Of a stretch of DNA of 32,000 nt, positions 1-8,187 are shown piece after piece; positions within the stretch are counted from its first letter, which is position 1; every line of letters starts with the position of its first letter. A program made the position numbers and the translations under genes. The notes under the pieces are model-generated. The model ran no database searches, was not told the DNA's origin, and worked only from the letters and a program-made list of their open reading frames with translations. Origin of the DNA: Phycisphaera mikurensis NBRC 102666. Its GTDB lineage: Bacteria; Planctomycetota; Phycisphaerae; Phycisphaerales; Phycisphaeraceae. The stretch spans positions 1,020,001 through 1,052,000 of the forward strand of contig NC_017080.1 of the NCBI RefSeq assembly GCF_000284115.1, written 5' to 3'.

Positions 1-472
1 GGCCGGCGAGGAGCAGGTCGGTCGTGTCTGCGGCGGGCGGCTCTCGCTTCGCGCGTTCCACCACCCGCCGGGCCACGGCGTCGGCGAAGGCGAGGTCGTC
101 CCAATCGAGCACCTCCGGCGGGAGCGCGGCGTCGGGCACGCGCCGCCCGCGGCGCGTCGCCTCGAAGTGCAGGTACGTCACGCCCAGGCGATCGTCGGGG
201 TCCTGCTCGGCTTCGTAGCGCCGGCCCGGCCGCATCCACACGCAAACGCCGGGCCGCAGGTCGATCACGCCGTCGGTGAGCGTCATCCGGCCGCGCCCGG
301 CCCAAACCAGCCACAGGTCGAAGTCGCGGAGGTCGCGCCACCAGCACGCGTCCAGGCGCCAGCCCGGCTCGCAGCGGACGCGGCCGCACACGCCCAGCGT
401 CACGCGCGTGCCCCGGTCGGTCCAGCCGCACGCACCACTCCGGGGTCCTTTCTCCACAACGGAAACATACAT
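1..472 (-). CDS. AraC-family transcriptional regulator, N-terminal cupin-like sensor domain (partial, runs off the window start)
   Basis: Reverse-complement reading from ATG at 472 stays open to the window edge: MYVSVVEKGPRSGACGWTDRGTRVTLGVCGRVRCEPGWRLDACWWRDLRDFDLWLVWAGRGRMTLTDGVIDLRPGVCVWMRPGRRYEAEQDPDDRLGVTYLHFEA..., typical AraC_binding pattern. The DNA-binding domain is outside the window. Confidence 0.7.
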   Translation of the reverse strand, partial: MYVSVVEKGPRSGACGWTDRGTRVTLGVCGRVRCEPGWRLDACWWRDLRDFDLWLVWAGRGRMTLTDGVIDLRPGVCVWMRPGRRYEAEQDPDDRLGVTYLHFEATRRGRRVPDAALPPEVLDWDDLAFADAVARRVVERAKREPPAADTTDLLLAG

Positions 473-477
473 GTTTC
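462..477. promoter_or_regulatory. Candidate operator: 16-bp palindrome GAAACAT-AC-ATGTTTC
   Basis: Perfect 7-2-7 inverted repeat in an otherwise GC-rich region between divergent AraC and PhyH genes, overlapping the AraC start codon. Confidence 0.5.
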
Positions 478-554
478 TGCCCGCCGCGTCCATGGCGTCG
501 CGGCCCGGCTCGACGATCATGGAGGCCACTCCAGAGCAAGTGGGACCCATCGCC

Positions 555-1430
555 ATGACCAACACCGACACCGACACCGAAACCGAAAAACCGTTCGCCC
601 CGCCCGTCGAAAACCCCGTCGAGGATCCGCCCGAGGGCCTGTACGAGCCCGCGGGCCGGGTGGACCTCCTGCCCGGGCCCGACGCTGTGAACGACGAGGC
701 GGCCGTCTTCTTCGCCGAACGCGGGTACCTCGCCGTCGCCGGCGTGCTCACCCCCGCGGAGGTCGCCGCCTCGCTCGCCTCCCTGGAGGACCTGGTCGAG
801 GGGCGGATCGAGGGATTCAACGGCGTGCAGAACGAAGCCCAAGCCGGAGACGACCCGGAAACGCCCGCCATCGACCGCGTGCGGAAGCTGTGGTTCACCG
901 GCGACGAGTGCCAACGCTGCGGCATGCCGGTGGACCACCCGCTCGTGAAGCGGATCGTCGCCAAGCTGATGCCAGGCCGTGAGCCGGCGATCTTCCAGAC
1001 GATGGCGCTGCTCAAACCGCCCGGCCGGGGCCGCGAGAAGCCCTGGCACCAGGACCACGCCTACTTCAAGGTCCGCCTGGAGGACCGGATCGTCGGCGTG
1101 TGGATCGCGCTCGACCACGCGTTGGTCGAGAACGGCTGCATGCAGCTCATCGACGGCGGCCACCTCGGCGGCCCGCTCGTCCACTTCAGCCGGCGGGACT
1201 GGCAGCTGTGCGACGCCGACGTGATGAAGCAGGCCTCGTTGGCCGCGGTGCTCGCGCCCGGCGACGCGCTCTTCTTCGACAGCCTGCTGCCCCACGGCAC
1301 CCCGCCCAACCGCAGCGGCCGCCGCCGCCGGGCGATGCAGTTCCACTACGCCCCCGCCGACACGGTGAAGATCGCGATGGAGGAGCACGACGGGATCTTC
1401 GGCTCCGCCGGGAAGAGCGTGTACTGCTGA
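555..1430 (+). CDS. Phytanoyl-CoA dioxygenase (PhyH) family protein
   Basis: ORF with internal ATG at 555; PWHQDHAYFKV (HxD metal motif) and distal GDALFFDSLLPHGTPPNRS (second His and Arg region). Confidence 0.85.
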   Translation: MTNTDTDTETEKPFAPPVENPVEDPPEGLYEPAGRVDLLPGPDAVNDEAAVFFAERGYLAVAGVLTPAEVAASLASLEDLVEGRIEGFNGVQNEAQAGDDPETPAIDRVRKLWFTGDECQRCGMPVDHPLVKRIVAKLMPGREPAIFQTMALLKPPGRGREKPWHQDHAYFKVRLEDRIVGVWIALDHALVENGCMQLIDGGHLGGPLVHFSRRDWQLCDADVMKQASLAAVLAPGDALFFDSLLPHGTPPNRSGRRRRAMQFHYAPADTVKIAMEEHDGIFGSAGKSVYC

Positions 1431-1460
1431 GCCCGACTCCCGACGCGAGGTTCCGGTAAT

Positions 1461-3032
1461 GTGAAGCTCTGCTTCCGCATGCCGACAGATCCACCCGCCG
1501 AACGCCCGCCCGAACCCTCCCGGCCGCTCCGCGTCGGGATCCTGGGCCTGTTCCACGAGTCCAACACCTTCGCGACGCACCCGGCGACGCTGGCCGCGTT
1601 CCGCGGGTACGAGTGGTTCGAGGGCGACGCGTTGCGGGCGGCGATGGTGGACAACCACGACGAGGTCGGCGGCATGCTCGGCGGGCTCGACGAAGCCGAG
1701 GGCGTGGAGGCGGTGCCGCTGCTCTGGGCCGCGGCGCTGCCGGCGGGGGAGATCGAGCCCGAGGCGGAGGCGGCGCTCTGGGCCGCGGCCGAGCGGCAGC
1801 TCGACGCGGCGGGAGCGCTGGACGCGGTGCTGGCGGTGCCGCACGGGGCGGCGGTGGGGCGGACGCACCGCGACTTCGACGGCTGGTGGCTGACGCGGCT
1901 CCGCGAGAAGCTCGGGCGCGGTGTTCCGATCGTCGCGACGCTGGACCCGCACGCGAACGTGTCGGCTGCGATGGTCGAGGCCGCCGATGCGCTGCTGGCG
2001 TACCGGACCAACCCGCACGTCGACCAGCGCGCGATCGGCGGCCGGGCGGCACGCCTGATCCTGCGGACGCTGCGCGGGGAGGTGCGGCCGGCCACGGCTT
2101 GGGTTCCGCTTCCGCTGCTGCTGGACATCGAGCGTCAGCTCACCGACGAGCCCCCGTGCCGAGACTGGCTCGCCGAGGGTGACCGGCTCGGCGGAGGCAC
2201 CGGCGTGCTGGAGACCTCGCTGATCCTCGGCTACCCCTTTGCCGACGTGCCGGAGCTGGGCGCGGGCGTGCTGGTGGTGACCGACGCGGACCAGCGGGAC
2301 CCCGATCCCATCGCCGCGGGCTGGGCGCGGCGGATCTGGGCGGATCGCGAGCAGGCCCGGCCGCGGCTGCTCCCGGTGGAGGAGGCCGCGGCCGCGGCGG
2401 CTTCGGCCACCGGCACCTCCGGCCTGCTGGACATGGGCGACAACGTGGGCGGCGGGTCTTACGGCGACCAGACGGCGCTCGCGCACGCGCTGCTCGCCGC
2501 CGGCGCCACGCCGCTGTTCGTGAGCCTCAGAGATCCGGAAGCCCAGGCCGCCGCCCGCGCCGCGGGCGTCGGCGGGCGGGTGGACCTGCTCGCCGGCGGC
2601 CGGCACGAGCCGGCGCTCTGCGGCCCGCCGCTGCGGGTCTCCGGCGAGGTGGTGAAGCTGACCGACGGGGCCTGGACCGACCCCCAGCCGCTGCACGGCG
2701 GCCGCGTGAGGTACGCCGAGGGCCCGCTCGCCCACGTCCGCCTCGACGACGGCTCGGTGGTGCAGCTGGGCGGCGTGGCGATCTTCCCCGCCAGCCTCGG
2801 CCAGATCACGCACGCCGGCCTCGACCCCGCCGGCTTCCGCGCGATCGTCATCAAGGGCGTCCACGCCCCGGTCGCCGCCTACCGCGACGCCGTCACCCGC
2901 CTCGTCCGCGTCGACAGCCCCGGGCCGACCTCGGCCAACGCGCTGACGAGGGAGTACCGGCACCGGCCCCGGCCGATGTTCCCTTTCGAGGAAGACGCCG
3001 CGTTCCCGGTCGCCGCGGCGGCGGCGGGCTGA
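1461..3032 (+). CDS. M81 family metallopeptidase / MlrC-like (microcystinase C-like) protein
   Basis: RVGILGLFHESNTFA N-terminus, VPHGAAVGRTHRDFDGWW, VATLDPHANVSAAMVEAADALLAYRTNPHVDQRAIG, LDMGDNVGGGSYGDQTAL; alternative ATG start at 1479. Confidence 0.88.
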   Translation: MKLCFRMPTDPPAERPPEPSRPLRVGILGLFHESNTFATHPATLAAFRGYEWFEGDALRAAMVDNHDEVGGMLGGLDEAEGVEAVPLLWAAALPAGEIEPEAEAALWAAAERQLDAAGALDAVLAVPHGAAVGRTHRDFDGWWLTRLREKLGRGVPIVATLDPHANVSAAMVEAADALLAYRTNPHVDQRAIGGRAARLILRTLRGEVRPATAWVPLPLLLDIERQLTDEPPCRDWLAEGDRLGGGTGVLETSLILGYPFADVPELGAGVLVVTDADQRDPDPIAAGWARRIWADREQARPRLLPVEEAAAAAASATGTSGLLDMGDNVGGGSYGDQTALAHALLAAGATPLFVSLRDPEAQAAARAAGVGGRVDLLAGGRHEPALCGPPLRVSGEVVKLTDGAWTDPQPLHGGRVRYAEGPLAHVRLDDGSVVQLGGVAIFPASLGQITHAGLDPAGFRAIVIKGVHAPVAAYRDAVTRLVRVDSPGPTSANALTREYRHRPRPMFPFEEDAAFPVAAAAAG

Positions 3033-3108
3033 TTCGATGCCGACACCTTCAGGTGATGAAAGCGCGACCCGGGACGACTCACTTTCTGAAGGCCTCCACC
3101 TTTGCCCG

Positions 3109-3214
3109 GGTGCCACGCCGCTTGCGGGGTGGTGGTCGCCGGAGGCGACGCCAGCGGAGACGAAGGTCGGCCGCGTGTCCTGCGGACACCCCACCCCGCA
3201 GGCGGCGTGGCACC
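3109..3214. repeat. 106-bp inverted-repeat element (family 2), copy 1
   Basis: ggtgccacgccgcttgcggggtgg...ccaccccgcaggcggcgtggcacc, long terminal inverted repeats. Confidence 0.9.
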
Positions 3215-3311
3215 GACCGGACGGAGGATCCGGATCGTCCTCGAAAGAGGTGCAGAAGGTTGAGGCCTCAACGCGGTGGCCACGGGGGGCAGGGATGCCG
3301 AATGCAGGAAT

Positions 3312-3357
3312 CCGCGGACCGTCGCACCCAACCCTCCAAAACGCCGACCGTCCGCGG
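3312..3357. repeat. 46-bp palindromic element (family 1), copy a
   Basis: ccgcggaccgtcgcacccaaccctccaaaacgccgaccgtccgcgg. Confidence 0.85.
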
Positions 3358-3379
3358 AACACGATCCCGCCGATCCGGA

Positions 3380-3476
3380 TCAACGCCGCGCCGGGCGCAC
3401 GATCAGCAGCCTCACGAACTCCTTCGGCGTGAAGACGGTGAGGCCGCCGTCGGCGTCGCGGTCGATGACCTTGGTG
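3380..3476 (-). pseudogene. Duplicated 3' terminal fragment of the 3966-8072 glycoside-hydrolase-like gene
   Basis: Minus strand encodes KVIDRDADGGLTVFTPKEFVRLLIVRPARR followed by a stop, versus KVLDRNADGGLTVFTPKEFVRLLIVRPARR at the true C-terminus. Confidence 0.85.
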
Positions 3477-3578
3477 CCACGCCGCTTGCGGGGTGGTGGT
3501 CGCCGGAGGCGACGCCAGCGGAGACGAAGGTCGGCCGCGTGTCCTGCGGACACCCCACCCCGCAAGCGGCGTGGCACC
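3473..3578. repeat. 106-bp inverted-repeat element (family 2), copy 2, at the tandem duplication junction
   Basis: ggtgccacgccgcttgcggggtggtggtcgccggaggcgacg...caccccaccccgcaagcggcgtggcacc. Confidence 0.9.
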
Positions 3579-3694
3579 GACTGAGCTCGCCGCCGCCGCC
3601 GCGGCGGCGGCGGGCTGATTCGGTGCCGACACCTTCAGGTGATGAAAGCGCGACCGGGGACGACTCACTTTCCGAAGGCCTCCACCTTTGCCCG

Positions 3695-3800
3695 GGTGCC
3701 ACGCCGCTTGCGGGGTGGTGGTCGCCGGAGGCGACGCCAGCGGAGACGAAGTGCGGCCGCGTGTCCTGCGGACACCCCACCCCGCAAGCGGCGTGGCACC
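3695..3800. repeat. 106-bp inverted-repeat element (family 2), copy 3
   Basis: Same terminal arms and interior as copies 1 and 2, same length. Confidence 0.9.
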
Positions 3801-3897
3801 GACCGGACGGAGGATCCGGATTGTCCTCGAAAGAGGTGCAGAAGGTTGAGGCCTCGAAGCGGTGGCCACGGGGGGCAGGGACGCCGAGGCCGGGAAT

Positions 3898-3943
3898 CCG
3901 CGGACCGTCGTGCCCAATCCTCGAAACCGCCGACGGTCCGCGG
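3898..3943. repeat. 46-bp palindromic element (family 1), copy b
   Basis: ccgcggaccgtcgtgcccaatcctcgaaaccgccgacggtccgcgg; arms CCGCGGACCGTCG/CGACGGTCCGCGG are perfectly complementary. Confidence 0.9.
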
Positions 3944-3965
3944 AACGCGAGCCCGCCGGGCTGGA

Positions 3966-6900
3966 TCACCGCCTCGCCGGCCGCACGATGAGCAGGCGGA
4001 CGAACTCCTTCGGCGTGAAGACGGTGAGGCCGCCGTCGGCGTTGCGGTCGAGGACCTTCCGCAGGACCGGGTCGTAGACCTCGGCCTCGCCATCCACCCC
4101 CAGCCGCCCCGGGTCGAGCGACACGGTGGTGTCGAAGCTGTCGTGCGAGAAGTTCCCCACCAGCAGCAGCGCCTCGGGCGCGTCCCGCTTCATCGCGACC
4201 GAGACGAAGGCGTCGTCGGGGCGGTCGGTGGAGACGCCCACAGACGCCGCGTGGAAGAAGGGAACGAAGTCCGCGTCGCCGAAGTCCGCGAGCACCGGCG
4301 TCTGGTACGGCGCCATCCGCGTCATCATCGGCCCGGAGGTCAGCCGCTCGTCCGCGGCGGCCGCGTAGGGCGCGAAAGCCCCGTCGCGCTTGAGGTGCCC
4401 GCCGGCGCGGCCGTCCTCGTTGCCGGGGTTGTCGCCGTAGGGCATCGTCAGATACGAGCCCCAGTTCAGCAGCACGTCGCCGGTCATCAGCGTGAGGTGC
4501 CGGGCCGTCAGCTGGTAGTGCGGCGTGCCCAGCAGCATCCCGGGGTAGTGCGAGAGGTAGCGGTCGTCGGGCAGGAAGTCCCGCACCGGCTGGTCGTAGA
4601 GCCGGGTGTGGTCGAAGCCGAAGTAGAACTCCTCCTGCTCGCCGGTGACGCCCGCGGTCGCGAAGCTGCCGTAGCTCATCTCGATGCCCGGCGAGGTGTG
4701 CGGCATGAAGTCGGCGTCGTGGTCCAGGCAGAGCTTGTAGATCCGCTTGAACAGCTCGCGGTGCGCCAGCAGCGGGTAGCTGAAGCGGAGCTCGCCGTCG
4801 GGACCGATCGAGCCGGCGCCGGTGCCGAGCGACGCGTCGGGGAAGGGCAGGCCGAAGTCCAGGTGGATGAAGTCGGCGTCCATGTCGGTGAGCAGCTTCT
4901 CGATGCCCCACAGCGCGAAGTCCAGCCCCGGGCCGCTGGGCGCCAGCACGGTGTGATCGAAGGAGATGGCCAGTGGCTGGATCGACGCCTCGGCGCCGAA
5001 GTCCTTCCACGCCGGGTCGTTGATCGACATGTTCTTGAGGTAGTACGGCAGGTGCCGAACGCCCGTGGGCTCCCGCGAGGCGTGGTAGGCGGCGTAGGCC
5101 GCCTCCCGCTCCGGGCCGTCGATCTCGTACCACGGGCCGTAGAAGTCGTCCCGCGCGTGCCAGTGCACGTACACGCCGTTGACGCCGAGGCGGTGGTTCA
5201 CCTCGTGGATCTTCATCTCCGCCCGGACGTCCAGCGTGAGCTTCCCGCCGGCGAAGCGTGCCACCCGGTCGGGCACGCCGCCGGCCGACGTCTCGAGGAA
5301 GTCGTTCGGCCGGAAGCTCTCCTCCAGCGGGTCGTCGAGCAGGGCGGCGCCGCCCGCGTCGTCGATCCGCACGCGGTCGAGGACGAGCCGGCCGTCGCCG
5401 CCGAGGAGCAGCACGCCCTCGCGGAGGTCTTCCGCGGACGGCGCGACCGGCAGCGTGAGCGTCGCTTCTTCGCCGGCGCCCAGCGACGCGGCGAAGCGCG
5501 TCCCGCCGCCGGCCCGCTCCCAGCGGAGCGTCACCCGCTCGGCCTCCGCCACCGGGCCGGCGATCGCTTCCTCGCCGCCGCCGCTCCGCAGCGACAGCCG
5601 CGTCTGCCCACCGGCCTCGAGCAACCGGGCCTGCAGGCCCTCGTTCTCCGCGAGGTCCCCGAAGTCCAGCCAGAAGAGGTCGTGGTGTTCGGCGTCGAGC
5701 GTCGCCAGGTCGATGGTCAGCGACCCGCCGGCCGGGTCGAGGTTCCCGCGCAGCGGGTAGCGGAGGAAGACGCCGGGGGCGATGGACGCGGGCGGCACGC
5801 GGCCGGGCATCCACAGCGCCGGGTCCCGGGCGGGCTCCACGTCGTCGAGGTGGACGCCGTCGCGGATGCTCGAACTGCCCGCGAGCATCAGCTCGTCCCA
5901 GGGCAGCTCGAAGCGCTTGGTCGGAATCGCGATCAGCCCGAAGTCGTACCGGCTGCCGGCGGGCACGGTCGCGGCGTGGTCGAGCAGGTTCACGCGGAGG
6001 ACCCGCCGCCCGCCGGAGGCCTCGCCGATCACGATCTGCCGCTGCGGCTCTTCGTTGCGCCAGTCCCAGTCGTGCTCGGCGAACCACTCCAGCCCGTGGT
6101 CGAGGCCGTGCAGGCGGACCGTGGGCGCGAAGCTCATCGTTCGCTCGCCGTCGAGTTCGCCGCCGATCGGCCACTCGGCGGCGGTCATGGCGTCGATCGG
6201 CTTGAGACCGTTGTAGCCCCGCCAGAAGTGCGTCGCGGCGGCGGCGCGCATCGGCACCTCCAGCGCTAGCGAGGGCACCTCCGCGTCCCCCAGCGTCTCG
6301 ACCTCGAAGTGGAGGAAGCCGTCGAACTCCAGCGTGGAGCGGAGCCGCACCCGCAGCGGGCCGGCCGCGTAGACCTGCCGCCGCACGAGCCTCGCGTCGG
6401 TCCGCTCCAGCTCCTCGGCCCCGCCCTCGGGCGTGAGCGTCGCGTCGCCGGCCACCAGCCGCACGGGGGCGTCGAGCAGCGGCTGGTCGCCGCGGTCGAG
6501 CTCCACGACGACCTGCGTGGGCAGCAGCCCGTCGCCGAAGGTGTAGCGGCGGTTCGTCGTGGTGACGGCGTCGCCGTCGAAGCCCAGCGGCTCCCACGGC
6601 GGCAGCACGCCGTCGGACACGCCCAGCGTGTTGCCCGCCCACGCGGGCTTCTCGGGGATCGGCAGGTCCACCGTCCGCGTTCGGACCTCCTCGCCGCCCT
6701 TGAGCACCGCGACCTCTAGCTCGTGCGGCCCCGGCGTCAGGTCCGAGACGTCGAGCGTCACCGGCTCGTCCGCGAGGGAGCCCTCCCCTGACGCCACCGC
6801 CGCTCTGCCGTCCGCGGGCTTGAGCTCGACCCGCACGGCGTCCGCGCCGCGCAGCTCCTCGGGCAGGCCGGCGCGAGGCACGCCCACGCGGACGGTGCCG

Positions 6901-8072
6901 TCGGTCAGGAACCACCGCTTCACCTCCAGCGGGAAGGCCTCCGGCTCGCTCCAGGCGAACGGGACGTACTGCTCGTGCAGCGGGTCGTCGTAGGTCCCGT
7001 CGTTGGAGGCAAGCATCCGGGCGACGTAGCGGGCGCCCGGCACCGGGTGGTGGGTCGCGGTGATGCCGATCGACGGCTCCAGCGGCGTCACCTCCGCCGA
7101 GCCGCCCATGCTGCCCTCCTCCACCTTCGACAGCCGGTAGACCTTCCCGTCGAAGCCCATCGTGGTGAGCAGCTCCGGCATCGAGAGGACCAGCTCCGGC
7201 TCGTCGGCGGGCCCGAGCATGTCGAGGTACGCCGCCTGGAACTGATTGCCGTCGCCCAGGTGCGTCACCCCCACCTCGACCTGCACCGGCGGCACGACGT
7301 CGGCCACGCCGCCCGAGGCCGACGTTGGGAGCCGGAAGTCGGTGCGGATCGACTGGTCGTCGCGGAAGCGCAGCGTCCCCGCGCTCTGGATGCCCGCGAC
7401 GTCGCGGGCCGGGCTCCACGCCGAGAAGACGCCGCTGGGCTCGTAGCGCTTCACGTTGAAGCGCCAACGCTCGTCCTGCTCCGGCGGCCCGCCGACGACC
7501 GCCCAGGGCACCGTCATCTCGGCGGTCCACACGCCCTCCCCGACGTGCGCCGCGAAGCTCTCGTCCGGCAGGTTGGTCTCCCACCCGATGGCGGGCTCGT
7601 CACCGCCGCCCGCCACGAACGTCCCGTCGAAGAAGCCGCCGCCGGGGTTGATGATCAGGACGATCCCGGCGTCCGCGTCGGGGTGGTACAGGATCACCTC
7701 AAGAGCGTCGTCCTCCCACACCGCGCCGTCCCGCTCCGCGTCGGCCTTGAGCGGGGCGAGCGGGTTCTTCTCGGCCTCGAGCGCGAGGCGCAGCCCCTGA
7801 TCGTCGCCGGCGACCCAGACCCGGCTGTTGCGGGCGGCCCGATCCATCAGCGTCTCGGTGCTGTCGGCGGCCATGCGGCCGACGACCAGGAAGTCGCCGA
7901 AGCGGGTGGCGTTGTCCCACTCGCCGGCGTCGATCACGCCGTCGATGGCGACGGCGGCGTCCGCCAGGAGCGGGGCGGTGGTCACCGGCGGGCGGTAGTC
8001 CCGCTGCTCGGGCTCGGCGCTCGCGACCGCGGCGAGCAGGAGGGAGGCCGTGGGGAGGGAACGGTGGTTCAT
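3966..8072 (-). CDS. Large secreted protein: CBM9-like N-terminal domain plus glycoside-hydrolase-like (DUF6067-type) region
   Basis: Minus-strand ORF from ATG at 8072 with signal-like MNHRSLPTASLLLAAVASA; AVAIDGVIDAGEWDNATRFGDF...NSRVWVAGDDQGLRLALEAEKN is CBM9-like; central/C-terminal FIHLDFGLPFPDAS...HTSPGIEMSYGS...LLNWGSYLTMPYG resembles TIM-barrel glycosidase-like proteins. Confidence 0.75.
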   Translation of the reverse strand: MNHRSLPTASLLLAAVASAEPEQRDYRPPVTTAPLLADAAVAIDGVIDAGEWDNATRFGDFLVVGRMAADSTETLMDRAARNSRVWVAGDDQGLRLALEAEKNPLAPLKADAERDGAVWEDDALEVILYHPDADAGIVLIINPGGGFFDGTFVAGGGDEPAIGWETNLPDESFAAHVGEGVWTAEMTVPWAVVGGPPEQDERWRFNVKRYEPSGVFSAWSPARDVAGIQSAGTLRFRDDQSIRTDFRLPTSASGGVADVVPPVQVEVGVTHLGDGNQFQAAYLDMLGPADEPELVLSMPELLTTMGFDGKVYRLSKVEEGSMGGSAEVTPLEPSIGITATHHPVPGARYVARMLASNDGTYDDPLHEQYVPFAWSEPEAFPLEVKRWFLTDGTVRVGVPRAGLPEELRGADAVRVELKPADGRAAVASGEGSLADEPVTLDVSDLTPGPHELEVAVLKGGEEVRTRTVDLPIPEKPAWAGNTLGVSDGVLPPWEPLGFDGDAVTTTNRRYTFGDGLLPTQVVVELDRGDQPLLDAPVRLVAGDATLTPEGGAEELERTDARLVRRQVYAAGPLRVRLRSTLEFDGFLHFEVETLGDAEVPSLALEVPMRAAAATHFWRGYNGLKPIDAMTAAEWPIGGELDGERTMSFAPTVRLHGLDHGLEWFAEHDWDWRNEEPQRQIVIGEASGGRRVLRVNLLDHAATVPAGSRYDFGLIAIPTKRFELPWDELMLAGSSSIRDGVHLDDVEPARDPALWMPGRVPPASIAPGVFLRYPLRGNLDPAGGSLTIDLATLDAEHHDLFWLDFGDLAENEGLQARLLEAGGQTRLSLRSGGGEEAIAGPVAEAERVTLRWERAGGGTRFAASLGAGEEATLTLPVAPSAEDLREGVLLLGGDGRLVLDRVRIDDAGGAALLDDPLEESFRPNDFLETSAGGVPDRVARFAGGKLTLDVRAEMKIHEVNHRLGVNGVYVHWHARDDFYGPWYEIDGPEREAAYAAYHASREPTGVRHLPYYLKNMSINDPAWKDFGAEASIQPLAISFDHTVLAPSGPGLDFALWGIEKLLTDMDADFIHLDFGLPFPDASLGTGAGSIGPDGELRFSYPLLAHRELFKRIYKLCLDHDADFMPHTSPGIEMSYGSFATAGVTGEQEEFYFGFDHTRLYDQPVRDFLPDDRYLSHYPGMLLGTPHYQLTARHLTLMTGDVLLNWGSYLTMPYGDNPGNEDGRAGGHLKRDGAFAPYAAAADERLTSGPMMTRMAPYQTPVLADFGDADFVPFFHAASVGVSTDRPDDAFVSVAMKRDAPEALLLVGNFSHDSFDTTVSLDPGRLGVDGEAEVYDPVLRKVLDRNADGGLTVFTPKEFVRLLIVRPARR

Positions 8073-8102
8073 GGCGTCGCTCGCGGAGGCGTATTCTCGG
8101 AG

Positions 8103-8148
8103 CCGCGGACCGCCGCCGTCTGGCGGTCCCGGGAGGCGCGGTCCGCGG
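8103..8148. repeat. 46-bp palindromic element (family 1), copy c
   Basis: ccgcggaccgccgccgtctggcggtcccgggaggcgcggtccgcgg between divergent genes. Confidence 0.85.
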
Positions 8149-8187
8149 CGGGCGGCAGGATCCGCTCTCGTATGATATGATGGAATT

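Larger units (their letters stand above)
3002..4060. repeat. Tandem direct duplication, period about 586 bp: copy A ~3002-3472, copy B ~3588-4060
   Basis: Same sequence order in both copies (gene 3' end, gatgaaagcgcgacc..., GGTGCCACGCC element, 46-bp palindrome, antisense tail encoding ADGGLTVFTPKEFVRLLIVRPARR*). Offset is 586 bp at several anchors (3053 vs 3639; 3312 vs 3898; 3421 vs 4007). Confidence 0.9.

Noticed and set aside
3053-3991. ORFs 3053-3991 and 3639-6269 sharing the start MMKARPGTTHF, looking like paralogous small proteins
   Set aside because: They are translations of the tandem duplication and of the 106-bp element; similarity is explained by DNA duplication, not by protein conservation.
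3412-7584. 1390-aa plus-strand ORF
   Set aside because: Arg/Ala/Gly-rich low-complexity shadow of the minus-strand hydrolase-like gene; no recognisable domain, typical of very GC-rich DNA.
8103-8148. 46-bp palindromes as ordinary rho-independent terminators
   Set aside because: No T-rich tract follows the copies, and one copy sits between divergent genes where no terminator is needed; retained as an unexplained element instead.
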